NCBI GenBank assembly: GCA_963668355.1
Contig: OY764265.1
Location: 544,001 to 608,000, forward strand
DNA: 64,000 bases
Source of the DNA: Bdellovibrionota bacterium
GTDB lineage: Bacteria; Bdellovibrionota_G; JALEGL01; DATDPG01
Direction of reading: 5' to 3'
Below are positions 48,189-57,753 of this stretch, in pieces. The first letter of the stretch is position 1, and each line of letters opens with the position of its first letter. The translations under genes and the position numbers were made by a program. A model generated the notes under the pieces. It was not told where the DNA came from and ran no database searches. It saw only the letters and a program-made list of their open reading frames with translations.

Positions 48189-48988
48189 AGATTCCTGAGA
48201 AAGGTCCCATCTGGATTTTAGGCCGAATGGTCATTGCTTTGATCCATGCCTTTACCGTGGGCATCCATGAAACGGGTCGGATTTTTGTGTTTCTGGGTGC
48301 CAGTCTCAAGCAACTCTGGAGACCCCCCATTCGATGGAAGCTGACCATTGAACAAATGCACACCATCGGCGTGAGTTCCCTTTTTATCGTGGTTTTGACT
48401 GGAGCTTTCACGGGAATGGTTTTCTCGCTGCAAAGTGGACGGGCCTTCGCGTTGTTTCAAGCAGAAACCCTTACAGGAGCAGTCGCTTGTTTTTCCATCA
48501 CACGCGAATTGGCTCCGGTTCTGACAGCTTTAATGGTCACTGCACGTGCAGGATCTTCCATGGCGGCTCAAATCGGAACCATGCAGGTGACCCAACAAGT
48601 TGACGCGCTCATTTCCATGTCCATCAATCCCTTAAACTATCTCATCCTTCCCCGCATTCTCGCAGCCATTTTGGTTCTCCCCTTGTTAACCGCCATTTTT
48701 GATTTCATTGGAACCTTGGGAGCTTATGTCGTGGGAACGCAAGTTCTCAACATTCAAAAGGCGCTTTTCCTGGATAAAATTTATTACTACGTAGACGTTT
48801 CGGACATCGTTCAAGGTCTTTTTAAATCGGTTTTCTTTGGTGTCATTCTCGCGACCGTGAGTTGTTATCAGGGTTATCAAGCCCGTGGCGGGGCCGCAGG
48901 GGTCGGCGAGGTTACAACGAAGGCGGTCGTCATCTCTTCGGTAGCCATTTTGGTTTCAGACTATTTCATCACGGCGTTGTTATTTTAA
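48185..48988 (+). CDS. mlaE: MlaE-family ABC permease
   Basis: IGVSSL, RELAPVLTALMVTARAGS, MQVTQQVDAL, GVGEVTTKAVV. Confidence 0.94.
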   Translation: MKIPEKGPIWILGRMVIALIHAFTVGIHETGRIFVFLGASLKQLWRPPIRWKLTIEQMHTIGVSSLFIVVLTGAFTGMVFSLQSGRAFALFQAETLTGAVACFSITRELAPVLTALMVTARAGSSMAAQIGTMQVTQQVDALISMSINPLNYLILPRILAAILVLPLLTAIFDFIGTLGAYVVGTQVLNIQKALFLDKIYYYVDVSDIVQGLFKSVFFGVILATVSCYQGYQARGGAAGVGEVTTKAVVISSVAILVSDYFITALLF

Positions 48989-48998
48989 AGGCGAGAGA

Positions 48999-49742
48999 AT
49001 GATTCAGATCGAAAATCTACATAAGTCCTTTCGCGGTCAAAAAGTTTTACAAGGTGTGAACTTGCATATTCCAAAAGGAAAAATTACCGCCATTATGGGG
49101 CCCAGCGGAGAAGGAAAATCTGTGCTCTTAAAGCATCTCATTGGCCTCTTGCGTCCGGACGAGGGAAAAGTGTTGATCGAAGGGGAAGACATCTCCCGAA
49201 TGAATTTCGATGAGCTGAATCGCATTCGAAAAAAAATCAGCATGCTTTTTCAAGATGCCGGTCTTTTTGACTATATGAACGTTTTTGAAAATGTCAGTTT
49301 TCCCCTTTATGAACACACCGATTTGAGTGATGGGGAAATTCGAGATTTGGTCCATTCCACCCTCGAGGAAGTCGGTCTCCGGGACATCGATGAAAAATTG
49401 CCCGGGGAATTGTCAGGAGGCATGAGAAAGCGTGTGGGACTGGCTCGTTCCTTGGTTTTGGAGCCCAAGGTCCTCCTTTTTGACGAACCCACGACAGGCT
49501 TGGACCCCATTATCACAGAGCAAATCGCGGATCTCATGGAAGAAACCCATCAAAGGCACCAGGTGACCGTGGTACTCATTTCTCATGATCTTCCCCTTTC
49601 TCTTCGATTGGCGAATCAGATCTCAATGCTCTATAAGGGGAAAATCATCGAATCTTCGACGCCAGACGATTTTTGTCGTTCTGAGCACGAATTCGTGAAA
49701 ACATTTATTGAGGCACAAGATCTGGTAGGAAAGAAGCAGTGA
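48999..49742 (+). CDS. mlaF: MlaF-family ABC ATPase
   Basis: GPSGEGKS, LSGGMRKRVGLAR, FDEPTTGLDP. Confidence 0.94.
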   Translation: MIQIENLHKSFRGQKVLQGVNLHIPKGKITAIMGPSGEGKSVLLKHLIGLLRPDEGKVLIEGEDISRMNFDELNRIRKKISMLFQDAGLFDYMNVFENVSFPLYEHTDLSDGEIRDLVHSTLEEVGLRDIDEKLPGELSGGMRKRVGLARSLVLEPKVLLFDEPTTGLDPIITEQIADLMEETHQRHQVTVVLISHDLPLSLRLANQISMLYKGKIIESSTPDDFCRSEHEFVKTFIEAQDLVGKKQ

Positions 49743-51148
49743 AACGATTTCGTTCGACAGAATTTACAGTTGGTACGTTCGCTCTCTTGGGTCTGATGAT
49801 CATCATCTACATGTCGCTCAAGGTGAATGACCGCGGCGTCGTCGGAGGGGCCTCTCACTACTACCACGCTTATTTCACCTCGGTAAGTGGCTTGGTGGAA
49901 AAAGTGCCTGTGGAGGTGGCCGGAATTCCAGCTGGATATGTCAATGCCATTGAGTTGGAAGGTCCACGAGCCAAAGTAGTTCTGCGTATCCGAGGGGACA
50001 TCTCCATTCACGAAGACGCCTCCTTGACCGTTCGGGATCGGGGAATGTTGGGAGACCGATACATTGCCTTGGACCTGGGAACCCCTACTTTTCCTCTCAT
50101 CCCAAACAACGGCGAAATCAAAAGCACCTACTCCAGGAGCGACTTAGAACAAATCACTTCAGCGTTAAGCAAAACCACCAAGATCATTGACCGACTGCTG
50201 ACCTCGGATGATCCAGGGGGAGCGCTCGGAGACACAATTGTGAATCTTCGGGACACCACGAGCAAACTCAAAGATCTCGTCGGAGAAAATCAAGATCGAA
50301 TTGGGTCCATTCTTACGCATATGGAGAAATTTTCGGCCAATTTGAACGAAATCACCGATGAAAACAAAGAGCAGATCCACACGGTTTTGGTGACGTTAGA
50401 AGATGTCGCCAAATCTCTAAAAACGGCCTTGGGAAGTGACGGAAACTTCAACAAAAGCATGGCCAGCATTCAACGCATCACCGAAAAGGTTGAGCGAGGA
50501 GAGGGAACCGTCGGAAAGCTCCTCAACGACGAAACCACGATCAACAACATCAATGAGGCCGCCGAAGGACTCAAAGAGACTCTGGGACTCTACCGAAAAT
50601 TCAAATTGCAGATCGATTACCGGGGAGAATTCCTCATGGATGCGAAAGAAATGCAACATTTGGTTGGCTTCTCGCTTCATCCGGCTCCAGACAAATTCAT
50701 CGCCTTTGAACTCGTCGACGCCCCCTTGGGCGAAACCAATGTGACCGATACAACGGTAACTTCCAATGGAGCCGTTCTAAGCTCCACGGAGACGATTCAA
50801 ACCAGTGACAGTGTTTTGTTCAGTTTGTTTCTTGGAAAACGGTTTTGGGATCTCACCTTCCGTTTTGGCTTCATTCGAAGCAAGGGAGGCGCGGGTCTGG
50901 ACTACCACCTCTTCAAAGACAAATTGGTCTTGAGTGCAGAGGTATTTGATTTTTCCAGGCCCGGAGATCGAGCGCATATGCGCGCGTATGGCACGATCTA
51001 CCTCTACAAACATCTTTTACTCACAGGCGGGGCGGATGACGTCCTCACAAAGAATGGTGCACGAAATTATTTCTTTGGTGCGGGACTCCGCTTTAATGAT
51101 GAAGATTTGAAAGCTCTCGCGACGACCCTAGCGGGCTCTGCGTTTTAA
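49739..51148 (+). CDS. mlaD: Long MCE/MlaD protein with helical stalk and beta-rich C-terminus
   Basis: N-terminal TM, MCE domain (VSGL...VEVAGIPAGYV...GMLGDRYI), GEGTVGKLLND, beta-strand-rich tail. Confidence 0.88.
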   Translation: MKRFRSTEFTVGTFALLGLMIIIYMSLKVNDRGVVGGASHYYHAYFTSVSGLVEKVPVEVAGIPAGYVNAIELEGPRAKVVLRIRGDISIHEDASLTVRDRGMLGDRYIALDLGTPTFPLIPNNGEIKSTYSRSDLEQITSALSKTTKIIDRLLTSDDPGGALGDTIVNLRDTTSKLKDLVGENQDRIGSILTHMEKFSANLNEITDENKEQIHTVLVTLEDVAKSLKTALGSDGNFNKSMASIQRITEKVERGEGTVGKLLNDETTINNINEAAEGLKETLGLYRKFKLQIDYRGEFLMDAKEMQHLVGFSLHPAPDKFIAFELVDAPLGETNVTDTTVTSNGAVLSSTETIQTSDSVLFSLFLGKRFWDLTFRFGFIRSKGGAGLDYHLFKDKLVLSAEVFDFSRPGDRAHMRAYGTIYLYKHLLLTGGADDVLTKNGARNYFFGAGLRFNDEDLKALATTLAGSAF

Positions 51149-51204
51149 GAAATATTTGCCAAACACTCGTTGAATTTCGGTCTATTTTGAGGCATCTTGC
51201 CGCC

Positions 51205-52776
51205 ATGACCATGAGTGAATCCAAGGTTTCCATCCATCGAGCATTAATCAGTGTGAGTGATAAAACGGGCTTGGATAAGCTCGGAAGGGCTCTCGCTGAG
51301 TTAAACATTGAAATTCTATCCTCAGGCGGAACGGCGAAGTACCTTCAAGATCAAGGCATACCGGTCATTGAAATTTCGGACTTCACCGGTGCCCCCGAAA
51401 TGCTGGACGGGCGACTTAAAACGCTGCACCCCAAAGTTCATGGTGGAATTCTGGCGGTTCGTGACAATCCCAAACACATGGACCAATTGAAAAGCCAAGA
51501 CTACAAGCCCATTGATCTCGTGGTCGTAAATCTCTATCCGTTCGAGGAGACCATCCAAAAAGAAGGGGTTTCCTTCGGTGAAGTGATCGAAAAAATTGAC
51601 ATTGGAGGCCCGACGTTGTTGCGAGCGGCTGCGAAGAACTGGGCTTTTGTCACCACCTTGGTCGAACCTTCACAATATGAACCTTTCCTGGCCGAACTAT
51701 CTGAAAACCAAGGCCAAGTCAGTTCAGCCTTTCGGAAACAGGCTTGTCGTCGCGTGTTCGAACGAACGACCGCCTATGACAGCGCCATTTCGTCCTACTT
51801 TCAAAAAGACGATGAGGAAATTCCGGAACATTATTCTTTGGGCCTCCAACGCAAATGGTCCATGCGTTATGGCGAAAACCCTCACCAGAAGGCTGGCTTT
51901 TATCTTCCCACCAAAGCCTTTGGGCAAACCGTTTTGGAAAAGGTGCTTCAAGGCAAGCAACTGTCCTACAACAACCTGCTCGATGTTCATGGAGCCACTG
52001 ATTTGATCTGTGACCTTCCCGCTGACTATTCCGTGGCCATTTTAAAACATACGAATCCGTGTGGCGTGGGGCATTCTGAGACTTCTCTTTTAGAAGCTTA
52101 TGAACGGGCTCTATCCTGTGACCCCGTATCCGCTTTCGGAGGAATCGTTGTATTTTCAAACCCTGTAGACGGGGAAACGGCGAAAGTTTGTAACAAAACA
52201 TTTACAGAAATTGTGATCGCACCTTCTTTTTCAGCCGAAGCCCGAGAAGTGTTCAAAAAGAAAAAGAATCTGCGGCTTTTGGAGATCGACCTCACGGCTG
52301 TTCGAAAAGCTTTGGGCGGATATGATATTCGCCGATCGGCAGACGGCTATTTGATTCAAGAGCGAGATCGTCACAACGACATTTTGAGCGAAGCCGAGAT
52401 CAAAACGACTCGCCGACCGACAGAAAAGGAATTGAACGCACTCTCGTTGGGCTGGAAAGTCGTCAAACATGTAAAATCGAATGCCATTGTTTTCAGCACC
52501 GAAAATCAAACAGTCGGCATAGGCGCCGGGCAAATGAGCCGGGTGGACTCCAGTAAAATTGCGGCCATGAAAGCCAACCCTGACCTTCTCAAAGGATCCG
52601 TATTGGCCTCAGATGCCTTTTTCCCATTTCGGGACAGCATTGACGAGGCTGCCAAACATGGGATTACGGCGATCGTTCAACCCGGTGGGTCCATCCGAGA
52701 TGAAGAGGTTATCCAAGCTTGCAATGAACACGACATCGCGATGTTGTTCACGGGCCATCGCCATTTTAAACACTAG
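51205..52776 (+). CDS. purH: Bifunctional AICAR transformylase/IMP cyclohydrolase
   Basis: RALISVSDK, LKTLHP, IDIGGPT, RYGENPHQ, KHTNPCG, SDAFFPF, RHFKH. Confidence 0.97.
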   Translation: MTMSESKVSIHRALISVSDKTGLDKLGRALAELNIEILSSGGTAKYLQDQGIPVIEISDFTGAPEMLDGRLKTLHPKVHGGILAVRDNPKHMDQLKSQDYKPIDLVVVNLYPFEETIQKEGVSFGEVIEKIDIGGPTLLRAAAKNWAFVTTLVEPSQYEPFLAELSENQGQVSSAFRKQACRRVFERTTAYDSAISSYFQKDDEEIPEHYSLGLQRKWSMRYGENPHQKAGFYLPTKAFGQTVLEKVLQGKQLSYNNLLDVHGATDLICDLPADYSVAILKHTNPCGVGHSETSLLEAYERALSCDPVSAFGGIVVFSNPVDGETAKVCNKTFTEIVIAPSFSAEAREVFKKKKNLRLLEIDLTAVRKALGGYDIRRSADGYLIQERDRHNDILSEAEIKTTRRPTEKELNALSLGWKVVKHVKSNAIVFSTENQTVGIGAGQMSRVDSSKIAAMKANPDLLKGSVLASDAFFPFRDSIDEAAKHGITAIVQPGGSIRDEEVIQACNEHDIAMLFTGHRHFKH

Positions 52777-52844
52777 GGTTATCCGCCGAAAACATCCATT
52801 CAACCCTTCGCCAGACTTCATGATATGATGAATGGCTATTTTTC

Positions 52845-55283
52845 ATGCATACGATTTGCCCGAAATGTCAGTCTGACTTTGAGGTCGTAGAGGATCTCAT
52901 TCAACAGGATCGGATATTTGGCCGATGTCCCTTCTGCGATACCAAATATACGTTTCTTTCAGAGGAATTCGCCCATGGTGGGCCCCGAGTTGTTTTTGAC
53001 GAAGAGCGCGTTCAAAAAAGAGTGTGTATTCAATGTTCGAGAGAATTTGAGAGCATTGAACAAGATGCCGTTCCCATATGTCCTCTATGCAAAGGCGAAA
53101 CCAAGAAGGAAACCAAACCTTTGCGAAGAAAATGGCAAGTGATTCGATCAGGTCGGTCGATTGACTATGAATCCGAAGCGGAAATTAAAGAGGCCATTGC
53201 CCACGGGGAAATTCGTGCCACAGACATTTTGGTTTCCCCAGATCAAACGCAAAGGGCCGCGAAGGAACACGCGCCGTTTGAAGCTCTGTTTAGATCTCAA
53301 TTGGCCAAAAAGGACAAAACCCGAAATTCCACGATTCTCATCTCTCGTCGATATCGATCCGCAAATTTTCTCTTCAAAATCTCCATCTACTTCGTCGTTC
53401 TGACCTGTTTATCTTGGTTTGCGTATCGTTTTTTCACCTACCATGAAGACATCAACGAGAGCGAACAAATCCTCCAAATGTTGGCCCAAAACTACGCTTT
53501 GGAAGTGCCCCCACCAACAGAGGACTTCACAAGCCTATTGGAAAAAGCTTACAAAGAAATCTCCTTGGATCGACAAGAGGGATATCGCGACGCGCTAACC
53601 ACGTTGAAACAAGTATTGATCACTCAACCCAAGCTTCCGGAAACGCTTGGCCGAATTGCTGAAGTCAATGCATTCGTTTCAGGCTCCGGATCGGACCACA
53701 AGACAAAACTAAAGGCTTTGGAGTTGGCAGAGCTGGCAATTCGTTTATTTCCCAAACAACCCCAAGGCTATCTGGCAAAAGTGAGAGCAGCCTTGAGTGC
53801 AGAAAACTTTGAAGGTGCCGGACAAGCTCTTGAACGAGCAAAGGCCTACGCTCCAGATCACCCCAGGGTTCGCCTGGCCGAAGGGGCTTTTCTCCTGGCC
53901 TCCAATCAAAACCGAGAACAACTCGAACAGGCCATTCAAATTCTTTCCACGCTCTTGCAAGTCACGCCTCCCCTTTTAGAGGTCTACGATCTCATTGGTC
54001 AGGCACATATTCTCTTACACGAACCCGCTCAAGCCGCTTCGGCCTTCGAGCAGCGTCTTTCCCTATCTCCGGATGATCCGAAAGCACTTTATCGCATGGG
54101 TCAATTGGCCGAACGCTCAGGCAATCTTTCTGCAGCGAAAGAGTGGTTTCAAAGGGCTTTGCGAGAAAGTGCATCCATCGTAGGCGCTCGGCTTCACTTA
54201 GGTTTGATTTACCATCGTATCGATGACGATCCCCAATTGGCTGAAAAGCATTTTCAATACATTTTGAAACGCTATCGATCCTATGCCTCCCTGGAACAAA
54301 TATTTGATGCACAACAAGAACTCGCCAGGATCTACGCAAAACAAAATGAGACAAAAAAACTAACTCAGTTGCTGAAGGATCTTCCTCTTCTTCTGTCTGA
54401 AGACCCGCGATTCGTTCAGATCAAAGCCTTTATCCTCTTGCATTTAAACCAAACTCAGAACAGCATCCGTCTACTCACAGATCGACTGACTCAACATTCC
54501 GGAGAAATTGAAATTGAGGAAACCTTGGGACTGGCTTTGGCCAAAGAACAAAACTGGGAACCTGCAATCAAAGCTTTTCGAGCCGCCATTAAGATCGACC
54601 CGAAAAATTTATCTGCCTACTTAAATTTAATTTCGATGTTGGTTCAAAATCAACGCTTCGACGAGGCATTGGATGTCGCTAACGCGGCCTTTTCCAGAGC
54701 CGGAACGGACGCATCTGAAATGTTCTATCAACCCTTTTCGGAAACCTCTCCACCTCCGGTATGGACGACGTTGCTCCCTCAATTTCAGATCTTGATAGAG
54801 AACCGTCCCCTCGCTTCCGTTTCCCACGGCATCATGGGCCTCTGCCTTATGCGAAAGGGGATTTCTCAAGAAAATGACGGAGATCTTCAACGGGCCATCA
54901 CCTTTCTCCGAAAGGCCAGAGATTTAGACAAAGGCTCAGAGCTGGCTCACTTTTTCATCGGAAGAGCCCACTTCGCCCAAAAAAATTGGAACCTGGCTCG
55001 CATCGCATTTCAAAGTGCCCAAAATGTGAATCCCATCAGTCCCTTAAGCCGTTTTTGGCTCGGACAGACCCTTTATAAAATGGGACGATTCGACTCTGCG
55101 GAAAAAATCTTCAAAACGTTGGAGAAAGACCCCTCTTTCGCCTTTCGAGCGAAAACAATCATGGGGCTGATTGCCCACCGAGAAGACAAAAAGGAAATGG
55201 CTCAAGCCTATTGGAAAGAAGCCTTAAGCCTTGAGCCCCTTTACAAACCCGCTTGGAAAGCGATCTTGGAAAATCGCTCCTAA
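52845..55283 (+). CDS. Zinc-ribbon + GYF-like + TM + TPR protein
   Basis: CPKC...CPFC and CIQC...CPLC; EIKEAIAHGEIRATDILV; TM ISIYFVVLTCLSWFAY; many TPRs. Confidence 0.82.
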   Translation: MHTICPKCQSDFEVVEDLIQQDRIFGRCPFCDTKYTFLSEEFAHGGPRVVFDEERVQKRVCIQCSREFESIEQDAVPICPLCKGETKKETKPLRRKWQVIRSGRSIDYESEAEIKEAIAHGEIRATDILVSPDQTQRAAKEHAPFEALFRSQLAKKDKTRNSTILISRRYRSANFLFKISIYFVVLTCLSWFAYRFFTYHEDINESEQILQMLAQNYALEVPPPTEDFTSLLEKAYKEISLDRQEGYRDALTTLKQVLITQPKLPETLGRIAEVNAFVSGSGSDHKTKLKALELAELAIRLFPKQPQGYLAKVRAALSAENFEGAGQALERAKAYAPDHPRVRLAEGAFLLASNQNREQLEQAIQILSTLLQVTPPLLEVYDLIGQAHILLHEPAQAASAFEQRLSLSPDDPKALYRMGQLAERSGNLSAAKEWFQRALRESASIVGARLHLGLIYHRIDDDPQLAEKHFQYILKRYRSYASLEQIFDAQQELARIYAKQNETKKLTQLLKDLPLLLSEDPRFVQIKAFILLHLNQTQNSIRLLTDRLTQHSGEIEIEETLGLALAKEQNWEPAIKAFRAAIKIDPKNLSAYLNLISMLVQNQRFDEALDVANAAFSRAGTDASEMFYQPFSETSPPPVWTTLLPQFQILIENRPLASVSHGIMGLCLMRKGISQENDGDLQRAITFLRKARDLDKGSELAHFFIGRAHFAQKNWNLARIAFQSAQNVNPISPLSRFWLGQTLYKMGRFDSAEKIFKTLEKDPSFAFRAKTIMGLIAHREDKKEMAQAYWKEALSLEPLYKPAWKAILENRS

Positions 55284-55381
55284 TTTTCCTTCTTTCAAAG
55301 GCCCCAACCCCCCTCTTCTTTGTGAAAAATCCAGCGAACCTGTTGACTTGAAAACAAACTCCCAATACGTTTCGCTCCATC

Positions 55382-56662
55382 ATGAGAATACTCCTCATTG
55401 GCAGTGGTGGACGCGAACACGCACTTTGCTGGAAACTGGCCCAATCTCCCCGGGTCGAGAAAATCTTCACCGCCCCCGGAAATCCCGGCACCGCTCAAAT
55501 CGAAAAGAATGAAAACATTTCCATCGCCACAACGGATTTAGATGCTCTCTTGGGTTTTGCTTCGACCGAAGGCATTGATTTGACCGTTGTAGGACCCGAA
55601 CAGCCTTTGGCCGAAGGCATTGTGGACCGATTTCAACAGAGAGGCTTGCAGATTTTTGGCCCCACCCAAGCGGCAGCCCAACTTGAATCATCCAAACAAT
55701 TTGCAAAAAACCGAATGGATGAAGCCGGAGTTCCCACTGCGAAGTATCAAGTCCTTACATCCAACGAAAACGCCCAGATTTTCCTTCAAAAAAATGCCAG
55801 CTACCCCATCGTCCTAAAAGCCGATGGATTAGCTGCGGGGAAAGGGGTCTCCATCTGTCAATCCCGTGAAGAAGCCGAAGACTATGTCCGGCAGGTCATG
55901 GAACAAAAAATCTTCGGTTCCGCCGGAGCCAAAATCGTGGCCGAGGAGTTTTTAGAAGGCCCTGAAGTTTCTTTTTTCGTGTTGGCCAATGGAAGAGAGT
56001 TCTTGGCACTGACTTCCGCCCAGGACCACAAAGCCCTGGAAGAAGGCGACAAAGGTCCAAACACCGGAGGAATGGGAGCCTATTCTCCAACCCCTCTCTT
56101 CTCCAAAGAACTACAGAATCAGGTCGAACAAACCGTTGTGACGCCCCTCCTCAACCATATGGCGGACCGTGGAACACCTTTTCTTGGAGTCTTGTACGTT
56201 GGACTCATTCTGACTGCGGAAGGTCCCAAGGTTTTGGAGTTCAACGTTCGCTTTGGAGATCCCGAAGCACAGGTGGTTTTGCCTCGCATCCATACCGACT
56301 TTGCGGAACTTCTTCTTCACATTACGAGGGGACAGGTCAGAAACGCGAACGCAATATGGAGCATGGAGTCGGCGATGACGGTTGTTTTAGCAGCAAGCGG
56401 CTATCCCCTTTCTCCACGAAAAGGAGACCCCATTCTAGGTTGGGATCAACCTCAAACGCACGCAACCTTATTTCATGCCGGAACCCGTCTGGAAGGCAAT
56501 CAATTGATAACCTCTGGAGGACGAGTTCTATGCGTTACCGGAACGGGCGAAACGCTTGAGGAGGCTGCCAGAAACACGTATGCCGGCGTGGAACAGATCC
56601 AATTTGAAGGAAAAACATTTCGCCGAGATATTGGGTGGCGAGTTTTAAAGGAGAAAACATGA
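55382..56662 (+). CDS. purD: Phosphoribosylamine-glycine ligase
   Basis: GSGGREHAL, APGNPG, KADGLAAGKGV, GPNTGGMGAY, EFNVRFGDPE. Confidence 0.97.
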   Translation: MRILLIGSGGREHALCWKLAQSPRVEKIFTAPGNPGTAQIEKNENISIATTDLDALLGFASTEGIDLTVVGPEQPLAEGIVDRFQQRGLQIFGPTQAAAQLESSKQFAKNRMDEAGVPTAKYQVLTSNENAQIFLQKNASYPIVLKADGLAAGKGVSICQSREEAEDYVRQVMEQKIFGSAGAKIVAEEFLEGPEVSFFVLANGREFLALTSAQDHKALEEGDKGPNTGGMGAYSPTPLFSKELQNQVEQTVVTPLLNHMADRGTPFLGVLYVGLILTAEGPKVLEFNVRFGDPEAQVVLPRIHTDFAELLLHITRGQVRNANAIWSMESAMTVVLAASGYPLSPRKGDPILGWDQPQTHATLFHAGTRLEGNQLITSGGRVLCVTGTGETLEEAARNTYAGVEQIQFEGKTFRRDIGWRVLKEKT

Positions 56663-57156
56663 AAAAGTCAGACAATCTTTGGATCATTTTAGGCAGCACG
56701 AGTGACTTGCCAAATTTTGAAGATGCCAAACAGGTTTTGGAACAACTCAAAATCCCATATGACATTAAAATCATGTCTGCCCATCGCACGCCTAGTTTGC
56801 TCAAAAACACGCTCGCCAAATGCCCCAAAAGCGTCAAAGTCATCATTGGTGGAGCGGGAGGTGCCGCACACTTAGCAGGTGTCATCGCATCGCACACCTT
56901 AAAACCAGTGATTGGCGTTCCCATGCCTTCCAAACTGGACGGCGTGGACAGCTTCGTCTCAACTTCTCAAATGCCTGCGGGGATTCCGGTAGCCACCATG
57001 TCCATTGGAAAAGCGGGTGCCACCAATGCCGTTCTTTTAGCGGCTCAAATCATCGCTCTGGAAAGTCCAGCCATGTTAAAGCGCTTGAAAGATCATCGGA
57101 AAAAAATGGCCGCGAAAGTACGTCGGGCCAATCGGTCGCTTCAAGCCAACGCCTGA
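56659..57156 (+). CDS. purE: N5-CAIR mutase
   Basis: GSTSD, SAHRTP, GAGGAAHLAG, QMPAGIPVAT; ATGA overlap with purD. Confidence 0.96.
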   Translation: MKKSDNLWIILGSTSDLPNFEDAKQVLEQLKIPYDIKIMSAHRTPSLLKNTLAKCPKSVKVIIGGAGGAAHLAGVIASHTLKPVIGVPMPSKLDGVDSFVSTSQMPAGIPVATMSIGKAGATNAVLLAAQIIALESPAMLKRLKDHRKKMAAKVRRANRSLQANA

Positions 57157-57743
57157 TGATCGATCAAGCCCTCGAACATTTGCGATCGGGGGGCGTAATC
57201 GCCTACCCCACAGAAACTTTTTATGGCCTCGGAGTGGACATCTTCAATTCGAGCGCGTTGGACCGATTGAAAGCCCTAAAAGGCAGGGAGGCCCTCAAAC
57301 CGTTTCCGGTCTTGCTCGATGACGTGAAGACGCTTTCTCGAATCGGTGTCGAACCTCCTCCTCAAGCAGAAATATTCATTCGCCATTTTTGGCCAGGCCC
57401 CTTAACGATTGTCATGCACGCCCCCAATCTCCCTCTCGCCCTGGCGAATGAAGGGCAAGGGGTGGGCTTTCGCATATCCGAGCATCCCATCGCCACGCAA
57501 TTGGTGTCACGTTTCGGATCCCCCATTACCACCACCAGCGCCAATCTTTCCGGAGCACCTCCAGCCAGAAGCGAAACCGAAATTCGAGCGTGTTTTTCTC
57601 AAAACGAAGTTTTTCTCGTTCCGGGCGGAGAACTTTCTCCAGACACGCTCCCCTCCACGGTCATCGAATTCGTTTCCCAAGAAAAATGGGTCATCCATCG
57701 AGAAGGAGCCATTTCTTCCCACACGCTTCACGCTCTCCTGTAA
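57156..57743 (+). CDS. tsaC: L-threonylcarbamoyladenylate synthase (TsaC/Sua5 family)
   Basis: AYPTETFYGL, KGR, FWPGPLT, TTTSANLSG; start overlaps the purE stop. Confidence 0.93.
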   Translation: MIDQALEHLRSGGVIAYPTETFYGLGVDIFNSSALDRLKALKGREALKPFPVLLDDVKTLSRIGVEPPPQAEIFIRHFWPGPLTIVMHAPNLPLALANEGQGVGFRISEHPIATQLVSRFGSPITTTSANLSGAPPARSETEIRACFSQNEVFLVPGGELSPDTLPSTVIEFVSQEKWVIHREGAISSHTLHALL

Positions 57744-57753
57744 GATAAACGGC

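Noticed and set aside
56820..57753. Long N-terminal extensions of the TsaC and DUF1015 ORFs suggesting fusions
   Set aside because: The extensions overlap purE and tsaC in other frames. Family motifs begin at 57156 and 57754.
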